Shown here piece by piece: positions 38,208 through 52,909 of a DNA stretch of 52,909 nt; position 1 is the stretch's first letter; each line of letters starts with the position of its first letter. The notes below the pieces were generated by a model. That model saw only the letters and a list, made by a program, of their open reading frames with translations. It was not told where the DNA came from and did not search any database. This DNA comes from Geosiphon pyriformis uo1 (Eukaryota > Fungi > Glomeromycota): positions 4,747-57,655 of the forward strand of contig JAAOMT010000492.1 of NCBI GenBank assembly GCA_016748015.1, given 5' to 3'. A program made the position numbers and the translations under genes.

Positions 38208-40749
38208 GCAGGCATCTGAATTCATATTGAAACGTTTGGAATTTTAACATTAAATTAAATTAAGATAATTAAAAATTAAAAATTTTCAAAATTAATACTC
38301 TCAAGATTATTTAAAACAAATATAATAGAATCGAAAATTCTATGCTTTTTAATTACGTTTTAAATATTTTTAAAGTAGTAGCAAATTCTTATTACAACAA
38401 TAACAATTTTTGTACTCAAGAATCTAATACTCTGTAAACGAATTTCGATATCTTACATCTATTTGGTACAAAATTATAATTGAAAAATAATCTTAAAATC
38501 TTGGTTACCTATTCTAAATATAAATACTATTATTTGAACTTTTATTTATTCCCTTCAGTAGACTAATGCTAAGAAATTTGCGTGAACTAATTTAAATTTT
38601 ATATTTTTATAAATACTTTGTAAAATCAAATTTTTAAACTGTCGAAATGAAAATCTTTTAAAGCCATCCAATCACTCACACTGTGTTCAATAAATTCAAA
38701 CCGAATAAGAAATTTTAACTTTTACAAAATATTCAATGATATTCAACAAAGATTTCTTCTTTTTTATGCCAACCCTGATTAAAAAGTCCTGAATTTAGTT
38801 CGTTGTAAGCTATATTTCGACAAAAAAAATTCCGATAATAATAATTGAGAAAATTTCCAAGTTGTGAACTTTTATAAAGACAACAATATTGTTTGGATAA
38901 TCTGGATAGTATGTTATACTACCTGTGAATAAAAGTCAAAATCTTGTAAGCTTTCAATTTAAAATTTAAAATTTTAGATCAATACGTGCCTGCAATTAAA
39001 CTTTATTACCATTAAATAATTTTAGTTTTATATATCTCATATCAAATCCTTTACAATAAACTTTCAAGCATAACTAACTATCATACTTTAAAATTTTTAA
39101 AAAATTTGTTTGCTCTTATAAATATTAGTTTAACTAAATTTTTTTCTCAATTCTAGTCCCAAGAATTTTCACCATTTATATAATAGTGGCCGACGTATTT
39201 AATTGAGAAAGTTTAGGTTGCCTCAAATTAATATATGTATTAGATATTTGTTTTAAATTGAAAATTCACAAAAATAATAGTTGATATAGTATAGCTGTAA
39301 AAAAAAAAAGGTAAATACATTAGGAATTATCTTTTTTTCTATAAAATATAAAGCTATTAATATGAGTGCAATAATAGCAATCGCAATTATGTTCTCAAAA
39401 ATTAAATGAAAGAATCAATAGTTAAAGAAATAAGTATTATATGATACGTAAATTGATACAAGTCAAATATTTCCATGGATTTACCTAATGAGTCTCAATA
39501 TATTCTGTATCTTTTACAAAAGTATTATCAATAATAACAGCCACTAAATAATCTTTATCTTTTTCACTAAATTTGCTTGCTTTTTAATACTGCTTCCACA
39601 ATGACAATTCTTAAAATGCTGTAGTTTTTTAGAAAAAATGATATTTATTTTGCCCCATCCCAATATTATTAACTTGTTACAAAAGAGGGAAAGTAATTTA
39701 GCTTTTATCAAAAAAATTAAACATTACTATCAAGTCTAAATACCTTTGATATTATCTTTTGAAATTAACTAAGAATTGAATAAGAATTTATGAAAATACT
39801 TTATTCAAAGTGAATTGAATCAATCATCCATCCAAAAATATAACACAACTTTTTATATAAAGATAAAAAAATTTAAATCCCAATTTACCAAAAATATTGC
39901 CGCAATATAAAATAACAATTATCTATCAACTAAAAATAAATAGAGTTAATTTTTAAATATAGATATATAAAATAAAAATTAATAGTAATATATTATGAAA
40001 ATAATTTTATGCGAAAATTATCTACGTTTATTCCCAACCGATACTGTATATGCTTTTTTTTCTTTCTTATTTTATTTTAATAATTATCATTTATACGTTT
40101 CCATGTCATAGAATCCGTTCAAAATAATCCATTTGACTATATCTAGGTCTTTAAATTAGATTCTTAATCATTTGTTGATTACTTAAAAAATCTTTATTAT
40201 TCGTTTTCAGTTACTATATTTTTATTTCATATCTGCTGTTGAAACTAGATTGAAGTTATAATATTCAGCAACGAAAAATATTTTTTTTATACTATTTCTT
40301 TCTTTCTCTAACAAGGAAACTAATTAAAAAATAATTTAAATTCCTATTTGCTTAAAGGTTCTTCCTTGGTGGTGAGAGGGAGAAATCATTGCAAATCATC
40401 AATAATTGTCTTTTTGCTATTTTCCATATAAATAAATAAGTTTTTCTTACATCACTTTTCAAATTATATATGCTCCTATAAATAGTTGGGTGATGATTTA
40501 AATTCTAATCAGATCGAAAAAGCAATTTTAACGAAAATAATTAAGAATTCCATTTCTGATTTCGATTAGCCTGAAAAAAGTTCCTTGTTCCCCTACAAGC
40601 ACGACAGAAATCTTGGAATTTTTCAAACTTTAATTTTTAATAATAACAGATCACCTGGTAGATCACATATTTGCATAAAAGTCGGTGCCATTCTCTAAAA
40701 AACTGCATATTGAAGTATTAATATTTCATAGCTTTTTATTATCTCACCG

Positions 40750-41468
40750 ATGGGACCCCAAAAATACTTTTACGCTTTATCCAATAATTTCGGGAATCTA
40801 TTTGACAGTCAGAAGTTCTCTGATGTTTGAATTATAGTTGGTGAAGCGTCTAATATTAGAACTTTTCAAGCTCATTCGCAAATTTTAGCAGCAAGATCAC
40901 CCTATTTTGCTGTAGCACTCTCTAGTAATTGGATTAAAAGGGAAAATAATACAATTATCTTCGCCAAACCGAATATTTCCCTTAATATTTTTGAGGTAAT
41001 TCTCAGGTAAGAATTTTCTTGCTTCAAAAGTATTTTGACCAATATAAATTCACATGCTTTATTTTCCTGCACAGATATATTTATAATGGCGAGATTTCTC
41101 TTGATAAACATGAAGTAACTACCATTTTAGAATTGCTTATTATCGCTGATGAGCTTATTCTAGAAAACTTTATTGAACACCTTGAAGACTATTTGATTGA
41201 ACACCGTGCAAAAGAGTTAGAAGAAAATTTCGCTACTTTGCATAAAACTTCATTTATACATGATTCTTTCAAAAAGTTACAAAATTTCTGCACCGAAATA
41301 GCTGCTAACAATCCAGCAATAGTCTTTAACTCGCAAGATTTTACCTCCCTCAGTGAAAATGCACTTTCTTCAATTTTAACCCGGAATCACCTAAATATAG
41401 AAGAATCTGAAATATGGGAAAAAATTGTGAACTGGGAAATTTGTAACTTGTCGCCTCATACCAAATGA
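40750..41468 (+). pseudogene. BTB/POZ-BACK domain protein pseudogene (exon 1 40750-41006, intron 41007-41074, exon 2 from 41075)
   Basis: FSDV*IIVGE..FQAHSQILAARSPYF..KPNIS..FEVILR|YIYNG..LLIIADEL..EESEIWEKIVNW. In-frame TGA at 40828-40830; family similarity ends at ~41435. Confidence 0.88.
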
Positions 41469-44169
41469 AGTTATCTTCTGCTTTTTAATTATATATCTTT
41501 TACTTATCAAATCTCTATGAATAACATTTCTTTATGAAGGCAGAAAATCTCCCAGGTTAGCTTTTTTGCAAGCCATAATTTTTTTACAACCTTCATTTTA
41601 GAGAAGTTTGATTTAAGATAGTTTTTCTGTTTGTATATTCTAAAACAAGCATGTAGTCCTTTCGACCATTTGTTGCAATCCGACAAACTTTTTTTAATAT
41701 TTTAGAACCAGTTTGTATTTAATAACTCAAAAATTATTTTTTCCTGAGTTTTTGTGACACTATAAAATTTCATAATAGGTTAAACTTCTTAAAAATTGCA
41801 TCTTTATAAAATGAAGATTTATTTTAAGAGTTATATTCTATGAAAAATATATTTTGAAAGTGATAATATGAATGTGAGTTTATACTTCTTTAATAAACTC
41901 TGTCAATTCAGATGTATCATTTTTCAAAAATTGTTTTAACTGTTTCAATCCAAATCGCAAATCTTATCAATTTGGCACTAGAAGTCTTAAAGATAGTTTA
42001 GTAATATTTATTAGTTAATATTTATCCATACCTTTATAAATATGTATTAAAAAATTTAAATCTACATTTAAAAAAAGCTTTAAGGCTTAAATTTCTATAA
42101 GTCTTAATTTTAATTTTCTAAAAATTCTGTTAATTATTTTAATTCATCTTTATTTATTAAAAAAAAGGATCAAAAGATTTTTAATTATTTATTAAGCCGT
42201 CCAAAGATAGATCCTAAATTTTAAATTTTAAAAATACAATTTTGCAATTTTAATTTATTAAAAATTTAAAAATATTTTTATTCTATTTAAATTCACAAAT
42301 CTTTTAAAGTAATTTAATAAAATTTTATATTAATTATCAACATAAATTATCAATTGATTCACAAATCTTATTATATTTTAAGTTTTAATGAAAGCTTTGA
42401 AAATTTTAAACGTGGAATATAATATTTCGAATTTTATAAAACATTAAATATTTTAACTGAGACTGAAAAATTTTAAATAATTTTTTAGATATAAATCATT
42501 ATCAAAAAAGTACTATAATTGAAATAAAAAATTTTATATCCTGTTTTTTGTTAAAATCTTATAAAAAATAATGTTATTTTAAGTGAATAGAAAATTTTAA
42601 ACTATTTAACTTGTGTCTTTAAGAAATTAAAATAAATAAAAATAACTTTTATATATTTTTTTAAATATTTGTATATAATTTTTTAATTAACAAATGAAAT
42701 AGTAATATTATATATTGTAAAGTTTTGAATCACAAGTTTAAATAAATAGTGCTATTTTTTTACATACTTTATTAAATTAAATCAAACATTGTGCAAGATA
42801 TCTTCCCCTCCATAAATTTTTTCGAAACCTTTTTCTATGTTTCTCTTGACTATGCTTTAAAGATTCTAATAAAATTTAGGTTAGGAAAGTTGGATGGCTA
42901 ATCAATTACTTTAGAAAAATCACTAAAAGGAATTTTTAGCTTTATGATAAATGTAATTCAAATTGTTATGATGTTGGAATTACCAAAATTTCTTGAATTA
43001 CCTGATCTAACTGAATTTAAATTAGAAAGAGCATAGCAAATCTAGATGATATGAATTTATCCAAATACTTTTTTTACATATTCTATGTTGTTTATTTTTG
43101 ATACTAATGAATAAATAATAATATTTTAATTAATTAATAACTTTTATTTATTCAACCTTATAATTTGCTAGTAAATCAAATAGTGCTTAATTAAAGAGCA
43201 TACTAAATTAGGATAAGTTTCTTTAATATTTTTTATATTTAATATTTGTCTCAATTATGATTTATTATGCATTATAGTGCTTTGATTTCGACTGCTATAA
43301 CGAAAGAATTTTCATACATGATTTTCCAGCCATGAGGAGTTAGCTTGTGTGTCAGTTTTTTGATTTCTTTAGTCTTAAACTTTGGCTGACTAAATAGGCC
43401 CTTGTGCTGATTTAATAAATTTTAAAATTTCGCCTCTGAAAAAATTTTTATTAATATCACAAATATAATGTTAATTAATCAAAATAGCATAGCTTATGGA
43501 GAAAAAAACAGTCATTTTAAATACTTTTTACAATTTCGCAAAGTTTAAGAATGGTTTCACAGATTTTTTATATTTTTAATTAAAATTAGAATTTTTGCTA
43601 AAATTGTATTATTATAAATTGAAGTAACAAGCTAACAGATAACCAAAATAATTTAAAAAGAAATTAATAAAATAAATGCATTAAACTAAAATGAACTAAT
43701 GATCATAAAAATTTTTTGTTTTCAAAACTGTTTTAAATATTAAACTTTTATGCAAAAAATTACTATAACATGAGTTTACAATATTAATCTCTGTATTATT
43801 ACATCCCAAAATTTTGAATATATTTCTTTCATCAAATTTAGAAAGTACCAAAAATAATTTGAGCATTAAAAAAATTACTTTTGCATAAATAAATAAAAAT
43901 TTATAATTAATTGAAACGAAACTTAATTTAAAAGATTTAGATATTAGATTTTATATGACAATAAAACTCTTGTCTATTTGACCCAAGAATTATTGCATGT
44001 GATTGGTTTTGACAATAATATCTTAAGATATATTAAAGTCACTTGAGCATCAATAACTCCCAAGTAATAAATTAAGATTTCACATATTTACGATAAGAAT
44101 ATATTAAATGACCAGACTGAACATAAATTTTAGCAAGTACTTTTATTCATTGTTTTTTTTTGAAAATGC

Positions 44170-46400
44170 TAAATTTTTCATTCATAGTTAATCAAATTAA
44201 TATATTTTGATAGCAAAGGCAGAGAGTTTTCGGTTTACACATTAAAAAAGTATATTAAGTATGCTCAATAATGCCTAAATTTTAATATTTAAATTCAAAC
44301 TTGTGTAAAAAAGGTTTCAAGGATATTTAACCAGTGGTTTAAAAATAAAGTTATTATTGCTTGGACTTAAGCCAATATTAGCAATTCTTAAAGTTATTAC
44401 CAAACTATTATCATTTAAAAATACATATATTAATTACAATAGTATATTATATATTAGGTTTCTTAAATATTTTATATTGATCATTTCAAATTTCTGAATT
44501 AAATTTCAATAGACTTAAACAATAAACAGTAAATAACAAGAGTTTATTAAAATTGGCAATAGGTAAACAATTTTTCTATAAACTAGATAAATATAGAAAA
44601 AATAATTGACAAATATGGCTACCTTCTTCTGCTCTTTATTTTTGTAAGAAATCTTAAACTAAAACTACTCCTTTTTATTTTTCACTTTTATAAAAAATCT
44701 TAAACTACCTTCCTTTCACTTTTTATTCTTGCAAGACATAATTAACAAACTAACAATTATTAATTTCTCATCACCTAATCTTAAAATTTAATTCAGTTAT
44801 TTGATGATCAATTGTTTATGAATTTCTATTTCGTATTCATTGGCTATTTGAATATTGAATTGTGAATTACTGGTAAGCATGGTATTTTAAATATTGAAAT
44901 GCGAATTATTGGTAGATAATGATTATTTGAATGTTGAGTTACAAATTATTAGTAGGTAATGGTTATTCAAATGTTGAATTTGTGCATTTTTGGTGAGTAG
45001 TAATTATTAAATATTGAGTTGAATTATTGGTGAGTAGTGGTTATATTTGAATGTTGAATTCATGTATTTTTAATGGCTGGTAGTTATTTAAATATTGAGT
45101 TGTGAAATATTGGTGAGTGGTTATATTCAAATGTTAAATCACAAATTATTAGTGAGTGATGATTATTCAAATGTTAAATTTATACATTTTTGGTGGATGG
45201 TAGTTATTCAAATATTAAGTTGTGAATTATTATGGGTGGTAATTATTCCACTTTTAAATTCACAAATTATTGGTGGGCAGTAGTTATCTATTAATTATTG
45301 GTATTTAATTAGAGTTAAACTCAATAGAGTCTTTTTTTTCTGCCAATTTTGCCAAGCCTATTCTGTTAGCTGTGATTTTATTAAATAGTAGATAGGAATA
45401 GTTTAACTCATGATACATATCAATGACTATAAGTAAAAACAGACATTTAGCTAGAATGTAACAAACACAGAGATATAATAATTCATGTTATAAACTATAA
45501 GTGAAAACAAATATTCAGCAGAATAGATGCATGTACAGTAGTTAAAAAACACCATATTTGGTAATATAAAGAAGTTGAAAATTTCATGCTTGGTTGAGTT
45601 TTTTTGGTTAAGATGAAAATTTTTTTTAATAAAAGATGCTTTCTTTTTTTATCCAACACTTAGAGTTAGAAGAAATACATTAACACTTTTACCTGGATTG
45701 TTTTATTAACTAAAGGCTTTTAATCTTGGATACTGCTATAGTTATCAGTATAACTGAAAATAATAATAAATCTCTTAAATTTTTTTAGTGTTCTTTAAAT
45801 TTGTGAGTCATAAGTGGTGAGTTGTTAGTCATACTGGTTATAGCTGTTAGGTTTATAAGTTGGTAAATGCCAATAATTTGTTACTGATAAAGACAAGATT
45901 AATCTCATATAGAATAAAATTTTGCTTAAAAACAGAGAACACTTTTTTATATATATTACTGTCTTTAAGTTATTAATTTTGAGATCAAAAATTATGCATT
46001 TGTTTTTTATGCAAAATCACAAAAACAAGAATACAAGAATACAAAAGTGAGGTTAACTAATATGTAGTAATTAAAAACAAAACATCACTTTTTAAAATCT
46101 TGGTATTTTCTGGAAATTTTTTATATTATTATGTAAATTCTTATGACTAATGTAATATTAAACAGATCTTTATGACTTATTTTTTTTGACTCTGTTATCT
46201 TAAAATGGTTAAATACAATCAGTATAAAAATTAAATTTACATTTTTTTTAAAACTATGAGATTTATTATAATATTTAATTTAACTCTTCTCTTTGTTTAA
46301 AAAAACAATATAAATAGTCACAAATGAATTAGTTATTAAAAACATAACATTCATATTTTGTATTCAAAAAAAATTAATATACTAGATTGAATAATGTAAA
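44170..46400 (+). repeat. Dispersed ~2 kb repeat, copy 2 (C>T/G>A hypermutated)
   Basis: Collinear with 15480-17550; the substitutions inspected are nearly all transitions toward A/T. Confidence 0.85.
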
Positions 46401-49400
46401 AAAATGAAAAACTACCAGACATAGCCAATATATATACTTTCTGTTGTAACACAGAATCTGAAAACACAACTGTTTACTTAAACTACAGTCTTTAAATATT
46501 TAAGATTATATTTTCAGTCTAATTTCAACATTAAATACTAAAAAAAATAGAGATTTAGCAATGGGCAATAAATAACAAAGAATTAGAAAAGTATTAACAA
46601 TTAACAAATAATTAACTATCTAATTTAAAAACCTGAATAAAATTGAGTGCATATTTTAAATGAATTCTATTTTATGGAAGTATATCTCCACCTCAATTCA
46701 TGTAATAAAAAGTTTGAATATTGGTAAATATTTACATTTTTAGATAAGTAATTAATTTAATGTACTTAATTTAATCTACTTAAAGAGACTTACTGCCAGC
46801 CTGTTTACATAAGTTAGTCAAAAAATTAGGCACAACATAGAATTTTTAATTATTATAAATAATTCTTAAAAGTTGTATTCAGTAAATTATTATTTATAGT
46901 CAGCCAAAATTTATAGAGTTATTGAATATCTAGCATTCAAGATTTGTAATAGGGTTTTTATACTGGATTTTATTCTAATTTTAAATATTACAAGTAGAGG
47001 AAAATTAAAACTATAATGCATAGGTGCTAAGAAACTCAAGTTAATTATCTTTCTATAACGAAAAATTATTAGTAAATTTTGATATTTTTTTTAATAATTA
47101 AATCTTCTAATTAATATTTCTCTGGTTTTTTCTATCTCTTCGGTATAAAAATATTTCAAATGAAATTATTATTAATTTTTGGCTATATTAAACAGAACAT
47201 AAAAATAAGTATTCAGTATTAACCCATTTTAGCTGAAAATATTTAAGTATAATTCAATTTTATTCTTTTGTAATGATAAATAAAATTATGTTTATTTTCA
47301 GCATCGTTAAAAAATTACTTTTCAACAAATAGAGTAAAAAATATATAGAGAAATTTAAATTTAAAACTGTTTATTTTCATTTTTAAAAACTAATCTTTAC
47401 AAAATATTAATTAATACTTATTAATTTACATTTTTTATTATATATAAACTATGACTAATCAGATATTAATATAAATAAAATTAATATAATATTATTTAAT
47501 TGCAAAAAATCCCAAAAAATTTTGTTACCACTTTTTTATCTAATTAATTTTCACATTTTACAGTAGAAATTTAAGAATCCAAGTATTTTTCCTAAATAAA
47601 CAGTAAATTTTTTTATGTAATATAAAATACATAAATTATTTATTTAACTAAAAAAAATGTAGTAATAAATCCTTGATGCCTTTTCTAACAGTTTGAATAA
47701 AACATATTTTTCAATAAAGGTTACAAACTTTATTTAAATAAATATTTTTTGAAATATAATATAGGTTTACTATGTTTATTAAATAATTTTTGTTTATAAT
47801 TTAAACATAATACATTATTTTGTTATTTTAAATATTAAATATTATATTTTTAAAATTTAAATTATTTTCTGTTATTAATTAAAATTTTGTTAAAAATTTG
47901 TTTAATATTACACTAACTTTTTAATAAAAAATTCAAATTTTATAATATATCTTTTTTTATTATGTAATAACAAAGGCTTATGCTTAATCACATGTGATCA
48001 GCCACTCAAGCCAGCCATACCCTAAGGACCAACACAAATTCGAGATAAAGAACAAGCTCTTAACAAAACTAATATTCAGATTAATTTCTTTAACAATACC
48101 AATCTTATGAATTGCTATATTATTGTACAAAAAAACCGAACTTTTAACATCAGAAATTACCAAACCAGCATCATTAATTAGACCCCTTTTCTTATACTTT
48201 GCCAGATCAGATCTCTGTGAGCCACGATCTAATCTTAAACAAGATCAATGATATGTAGAGCAGCAATATTAACCTAACCAAACTTATAAACAGATTCAGA
48301 AAACCAATCTGCAAATAAATTGTTTTAATTAACAATATTTTTAATAACTTTTAAGTTTTAAGAACATTTATCAATTAAATTTGATTTACAAAATTTATTT
48401 TTTGAAATGCAAACTGAAGTTTTAAGAAAACAGATAGTTATAAAAAAATTTTTATTTGCATTTTTTTGAATATTAAAAAACTTAATTTTCAATAAAAATA
48501 ATGGAACAAAATTAAGTATTTCGAGTTTATTAGAAAAAAAACTCCATTTTAAAAAATACTGCATAGAAAACATCTATTTTATTCAAAGTTATCTTATTAA
48601 ATATTGATTTTAGTGTATTTTTATTTTACTGTCTGTAAAATATCAAACATTATCTAATATTTATTATTTTAATTAGTGAAGTGAAACATGATTATATATT
48701 ATAACTTTATTATCTGGCATAAAATAAGCTATAGAATATTCTGTCAATAAAAATTTCTAGAATAAGGTATTATTTTTTGAAAAATGTATGATTGAATTAA
48801 ATAAAATTAAATTTATTTATTTTTAATATAAAAAACTTCATACTTCTTGGCAAAAAAATTTACTTGCTAATATTTTAAGCCAAGCAATATGGCAGGCTTA
48901 TAATCTGTTTTTCTAAACAATAGCACTCTGAAAAATTTTAAAATCTGTTAGACAATAAGATATTCCTTCAAAAAAGAGTCTACAATCTTGTTCATTATAA
49001 GGTTTATTTTCACTAACAAAATTGCTAAGTCTAGCATTTTTAGCTTTGCTATTTCTAAGAAAAACTTTCTTTTTAATCCAACCAATTATTTCTAAAGTCT
49101 TATAATTGTGGGTTATACTTGCTAATAAGTTGGCTAGCTTCTTTCATTTTAATTCTGCTTACTGTTATTTCTTTATTATTACATAATTAATAAAAATCAG
49201 CTGGAATGAATCTGTCTTAACTGTATTAAAGTAACAATTTAAACTTATTTCCAAGTTAATATTCTAAAGAGATATTTTCAGCTTTTTTTTAAATTCAATT
49301 ATCTAATTGCTTTATATTATGCAATTTAAGAGGCTTTGAAATAATATTTAATTAAAATAACTAAATGTTTACAAATTTTTAATAACTACCTGATATGAAA

Positions 49401-49849
49401 TAATAATGTTAAAGATCTTTATATAAAGTTTTAGGTAAGATTCTTGCAAATACATTTAAACCATACCAATAATTTGTGAATATTATCAATAAAGTGTAAT
49501 TTGAGAAAAGTTTGAACAGATATATTATCAAGATATAAGATTGTCAAAATTTTGTAATAATTAATAAGAAACTTACTAATTAGCATTATTATTAGTATTT
49601 ATTCAATTTATGTTGAAAATTTTTTATAGATTACAGTTACTTGATTAATTAGCAAAACATTTAGTGGTCTAAATTGGTTATTAAAAATAAATTAATAATT
49701 AATTAAAAAAACTTATATATGTTTTAACTCATATATAACAAGCAATATTTTGGTTTTTAATATAATTATACTTTTAAAAATAACAAGTTCAATACTTTTT
49801 GACAACCTAGTGGTTTGTACCAAAAAAAAATTTCTACTTGGTACTTGTA

Positions 49850-50855
49850 ATAAATTCTCAAAAGCAGTTTCTATATAAGCATTATATATTTGGTTTTCTA
49901 ATTAATTAAAGATCACATGAAATTTTAAAGTTAGTGAAGCATAAATTGCAATTGACAAAAAAATAACAAACAAAATTATTAGAATTACTTTTTAAACATT
50001 AATTATAAATAGTCAAGAGAAAAATTTATATGGTCAATTTCTAAAAACAGTTTCCATAAAAGTATTATATATTTGGTATTCCAATCAATTAAAGATTACA
50101 CAAGATTTTCAAATTAGTAAAGCTTTAATTATAATTAATAAGAATTAAAAAACAAAATTATTAGGATCACTTTCCAAGCACTGGCCATAAATAATAAACA
50201 AAAAATAAAAATTTATATGAGTACAAAATAATATTGAGTTATTCTGGTATTAAATATATCAGCATAGAAATACAGTAAATATTAAAACGTTTTATAAAGT
50301 GCTAACAAGTCTTTTTCCAAGCATTGGCCATAGATATCTATAAAATAGAGACTTGTATAAGATAAGATAACATCAAATTATTCTGGTAAAAAGTGTCTTA
50401 GCATAAAATATAGCAAATACTATCAGGTATTAAAAAGTCTTTTTTCAAGCATTGGTTATAGATATTTATAAAATGAAAACTTATATGAAAGTAAAATAAT
50501 ATTGAGTTATTTTGGTAAAAAGCATATTAGTATAAAATACAGCAAATGCTAAAATGTCTTATTAAGTATTAATAAATCTTTTTTTAAGTATTGACTATAG
50601 ATATCTATAAAATGAAAACTTATATAAGAGTAGAATAATATCAAGTTATTCTAATAAAAAATATCTTAGCATAAAATACAGCAAGTACTATCAAATGCTA
50701 AGAAGTCTCTTTCTAAGCATCAGTCATAGATATTCATAGAATAGAAACTTATATAAAGATAGAATAAAATTAAGTTATTCTGGTAAAAAATATGTTAGCA
50801 TAAAATACAGCAAGCACTGAAAGTTCTGTCAGGTGCTAAGAAGTTTTTTTCTCAA
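49850..50855 (+). repeat. Compound tandem array: two ~185-bp units, then five units alternating ~139/128 bp
   Basis: A CAAGCA-like anchor at 50175, 50318, 50446, 50585 and 50714; CAGTTTC..TATATATTTGGT at ~49866 and ~50048. Confidence 0.85.
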
Positions 50856-52909
50856 TTTTTAGATCAATAAAGTCTTACTTTTTTTAAAAAATTAGGATAA
50901 TGAAAAATAATATAAGAGAAATAAAGCAACAATAGTAAAAATTAATTTATATTAGATATAATACTATGTAATCTTTTAGATATTAAGGTTAACTATTAGT
51001 AGATATATAAAAATTGTCAAATATAAATAGATTTTTTTTTATTTATATACAAAAGTTCTAAACATGTGCTTACAAAAGTTTAGAGATTTTTTTCAAATAA
51101 AAAAATTTAAAGACTAAAATATATCTTTTTAAGTCTTGAGTTTTTTGGTAAAACACATCTTTTTAAAGGCCTCCACAGTGGTTGAAAAATATTGTACTCA
51201 CAATCTACACAATCTTTTATTGTTTGTTAAAGACATAGATTAACAAATTTTTTTTATTATAAAATCATAGCCAAAATTATCTTAATGTTCAATATGACAG
51301 CAAAAATATTAGAAAAATTTTTCTTTACAGTTATAAAATTCTATTAATTTTCCATGTATAACTTTACAAACAAAGCTATCTGAACAGTTTATCTGTATTA
51401 AGGCCTAAAAAAAGTTTGTATTTTATTATAAATTATTTTAACTGTTCACATTTTCTGAATTTTATTTAACTTTTTTTATTAAATTTACCAACATTTTTGA
51501 AAAAATTTAGTGTTGAAAAGATTTATACACATTTCTGGAATTTTAATTAATACTATACTTATTTCAATTTATATTTCTAATGTTTCTTAATATTTAAACA
51601 TTATAGCAGTCTGTTTATAATAATTATGTATTAAATACTATATATTTTTACAAAAAACAGTAAAAATATTACTACTTGATAAATAAAAAAAGTCAAGTTG
51701 TTAAAAATTTTAAAGACTTATATTACATATATTACAAATTTTATATAAATTAAATCACAATATGATTCTTATATGTATTTTTATTATTTTCTGTATTAAT
51801 TTATCTTAATATTCTTTATTTTAATTTTAATATTAAATTGGCTTAAATATATTATAACTTTATTAAAAAACTGCAAAAAGCTAAATTAAAGAGCTTAAAT
51901 AAATTTTGTAAATTTGCAAAGCTAAAATAGTTTTTTATATTTATATAAAAAAATATACTGTGTTATAAATAAAGCTTAATATAATTATTAATAACTTCTT
52001 TGATAATTATAGCTAAATATTTTTACTGTTAAATTTATTTATTTTATTGTTTAAAGAAAAATTTTAAACTTTTAACTCTTAAATAATTTATAAAAATGCT
52101 ATAAATAAAAAAGTTTTATTTTTTATTTAAAAATATATTTTATTAATTTTTATTGAATTACATTTATTTTTTATATATTTAAAACAGTTAATAATCAACT
52201 AATTCAAACTTTTTGTCTTGAAAAAAAAAATTATTTTCAAATATAAGAAAATAAAAACATGATCTTTGTAATTATATTAATTACAAATAAAAAATACTAT
52301 TTATAATGTTATTTATTAAAATAATACTTAGAAAACAAAATATTCAAAAATTATACTTGAATAAAATAAAAAAAGTTAAAAAAATATTATACTTTTAATT
52401 TTATGTAAATTATTAACTTGTTTTTTTTACCTAAAATTTTTTAAAACTTTAGACTTTTAAAGTCATTTTCATAAGTGCTTTGCATAAAGTTTTATTTTGC
52501 TTTTTTTCTGCTTATTTAAATTATTTTTACTGTTAAATTCATTTATTTTTTAAAATAATTTATTAAAAATTTATAATAATGAAATAAAATAAAATAAATA
52601 TGTTAAAAAAACATGTTTAAATATGATAATTTGTCACAGAAAAAAGATTTGATTGTCCAATTTTATATTAAAAGTAAAATATAAAAAAAAGAGTTTAATA
52701 ATAAATAATAAGTTTAGAATAGTTAATATATAGAGTTTGTTTTTTGTATATTTTAGGATAACTATATAAAAAAACAGTTTTGTTAAAAGTGTTTTGGTAA
52801 ATTTTGATTTTACTAGAAGTATTAATTTTATCTTTAATATTTTTTGTTATTGTTATCAGCTGAAATTTAAGCCATAATTACTGTTAATAATAATAAAAAT
52901 TTAAGCCAG

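Noticed and set aside
38068-38250. Poly-Asn ORF
   Set aside because: It is a translation of the microsatellite.
40828-40830. TGA=Trp recoding in the BTB gene
   Set aside because: The gene has a spliceosomal intron and is also 3'-truncated; a CGA>TGA nonsense change is simpler.
47963-48333. Solo LTR (TGTAAT...TAACA, locally higher GC)
   Set aside because: No target-site duplication, second LTR or recognisable gag/pol was found, so it cannot be supported.

Overview
A very AT-rich eukaryotic window with short GT-AG introns. Its tyrosine-kinase-like (TKL) kinases (HRDLHSGN/DLGL/YGVIPY) and BTB-BACK gene are typical of the expanded families of arbuscular mycorrhizal fungi (Glomeromycotina); this organism call is inferred from family features. 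The window contains: (1) two complete TKL kinase genes, one with HRD changed to HRN, plus at least seven broken or shuffled paralog fragments; (2) a degraded Tc1/mariner element; (3) two copies of a ~2 kb repeat built from minisatellites and antisense 28S rRNA patches, one copy heavily C>T/G>A mutated; (4) a BTB-BACK pseudogene; (5) several local duplications and tandem arrays. The most striking feature is ~30144-35130, an intron-free, gene-dense segment that reads sensibly only with TGA=Trp. It holds a RelB-like (doubled RHH)/RelE-like toxin-antitoxin pair and several tail-anchored or Zn-finger proteins. It abuts codon 6 of a host kinase paralog and carries many internal TAA/TAG stops. It is most simply read as endobacterial DNA (Mollicutes/MRE-like) integrated into the fungal nucleus. 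All translations and alignments were done by eye; no database searches were run.
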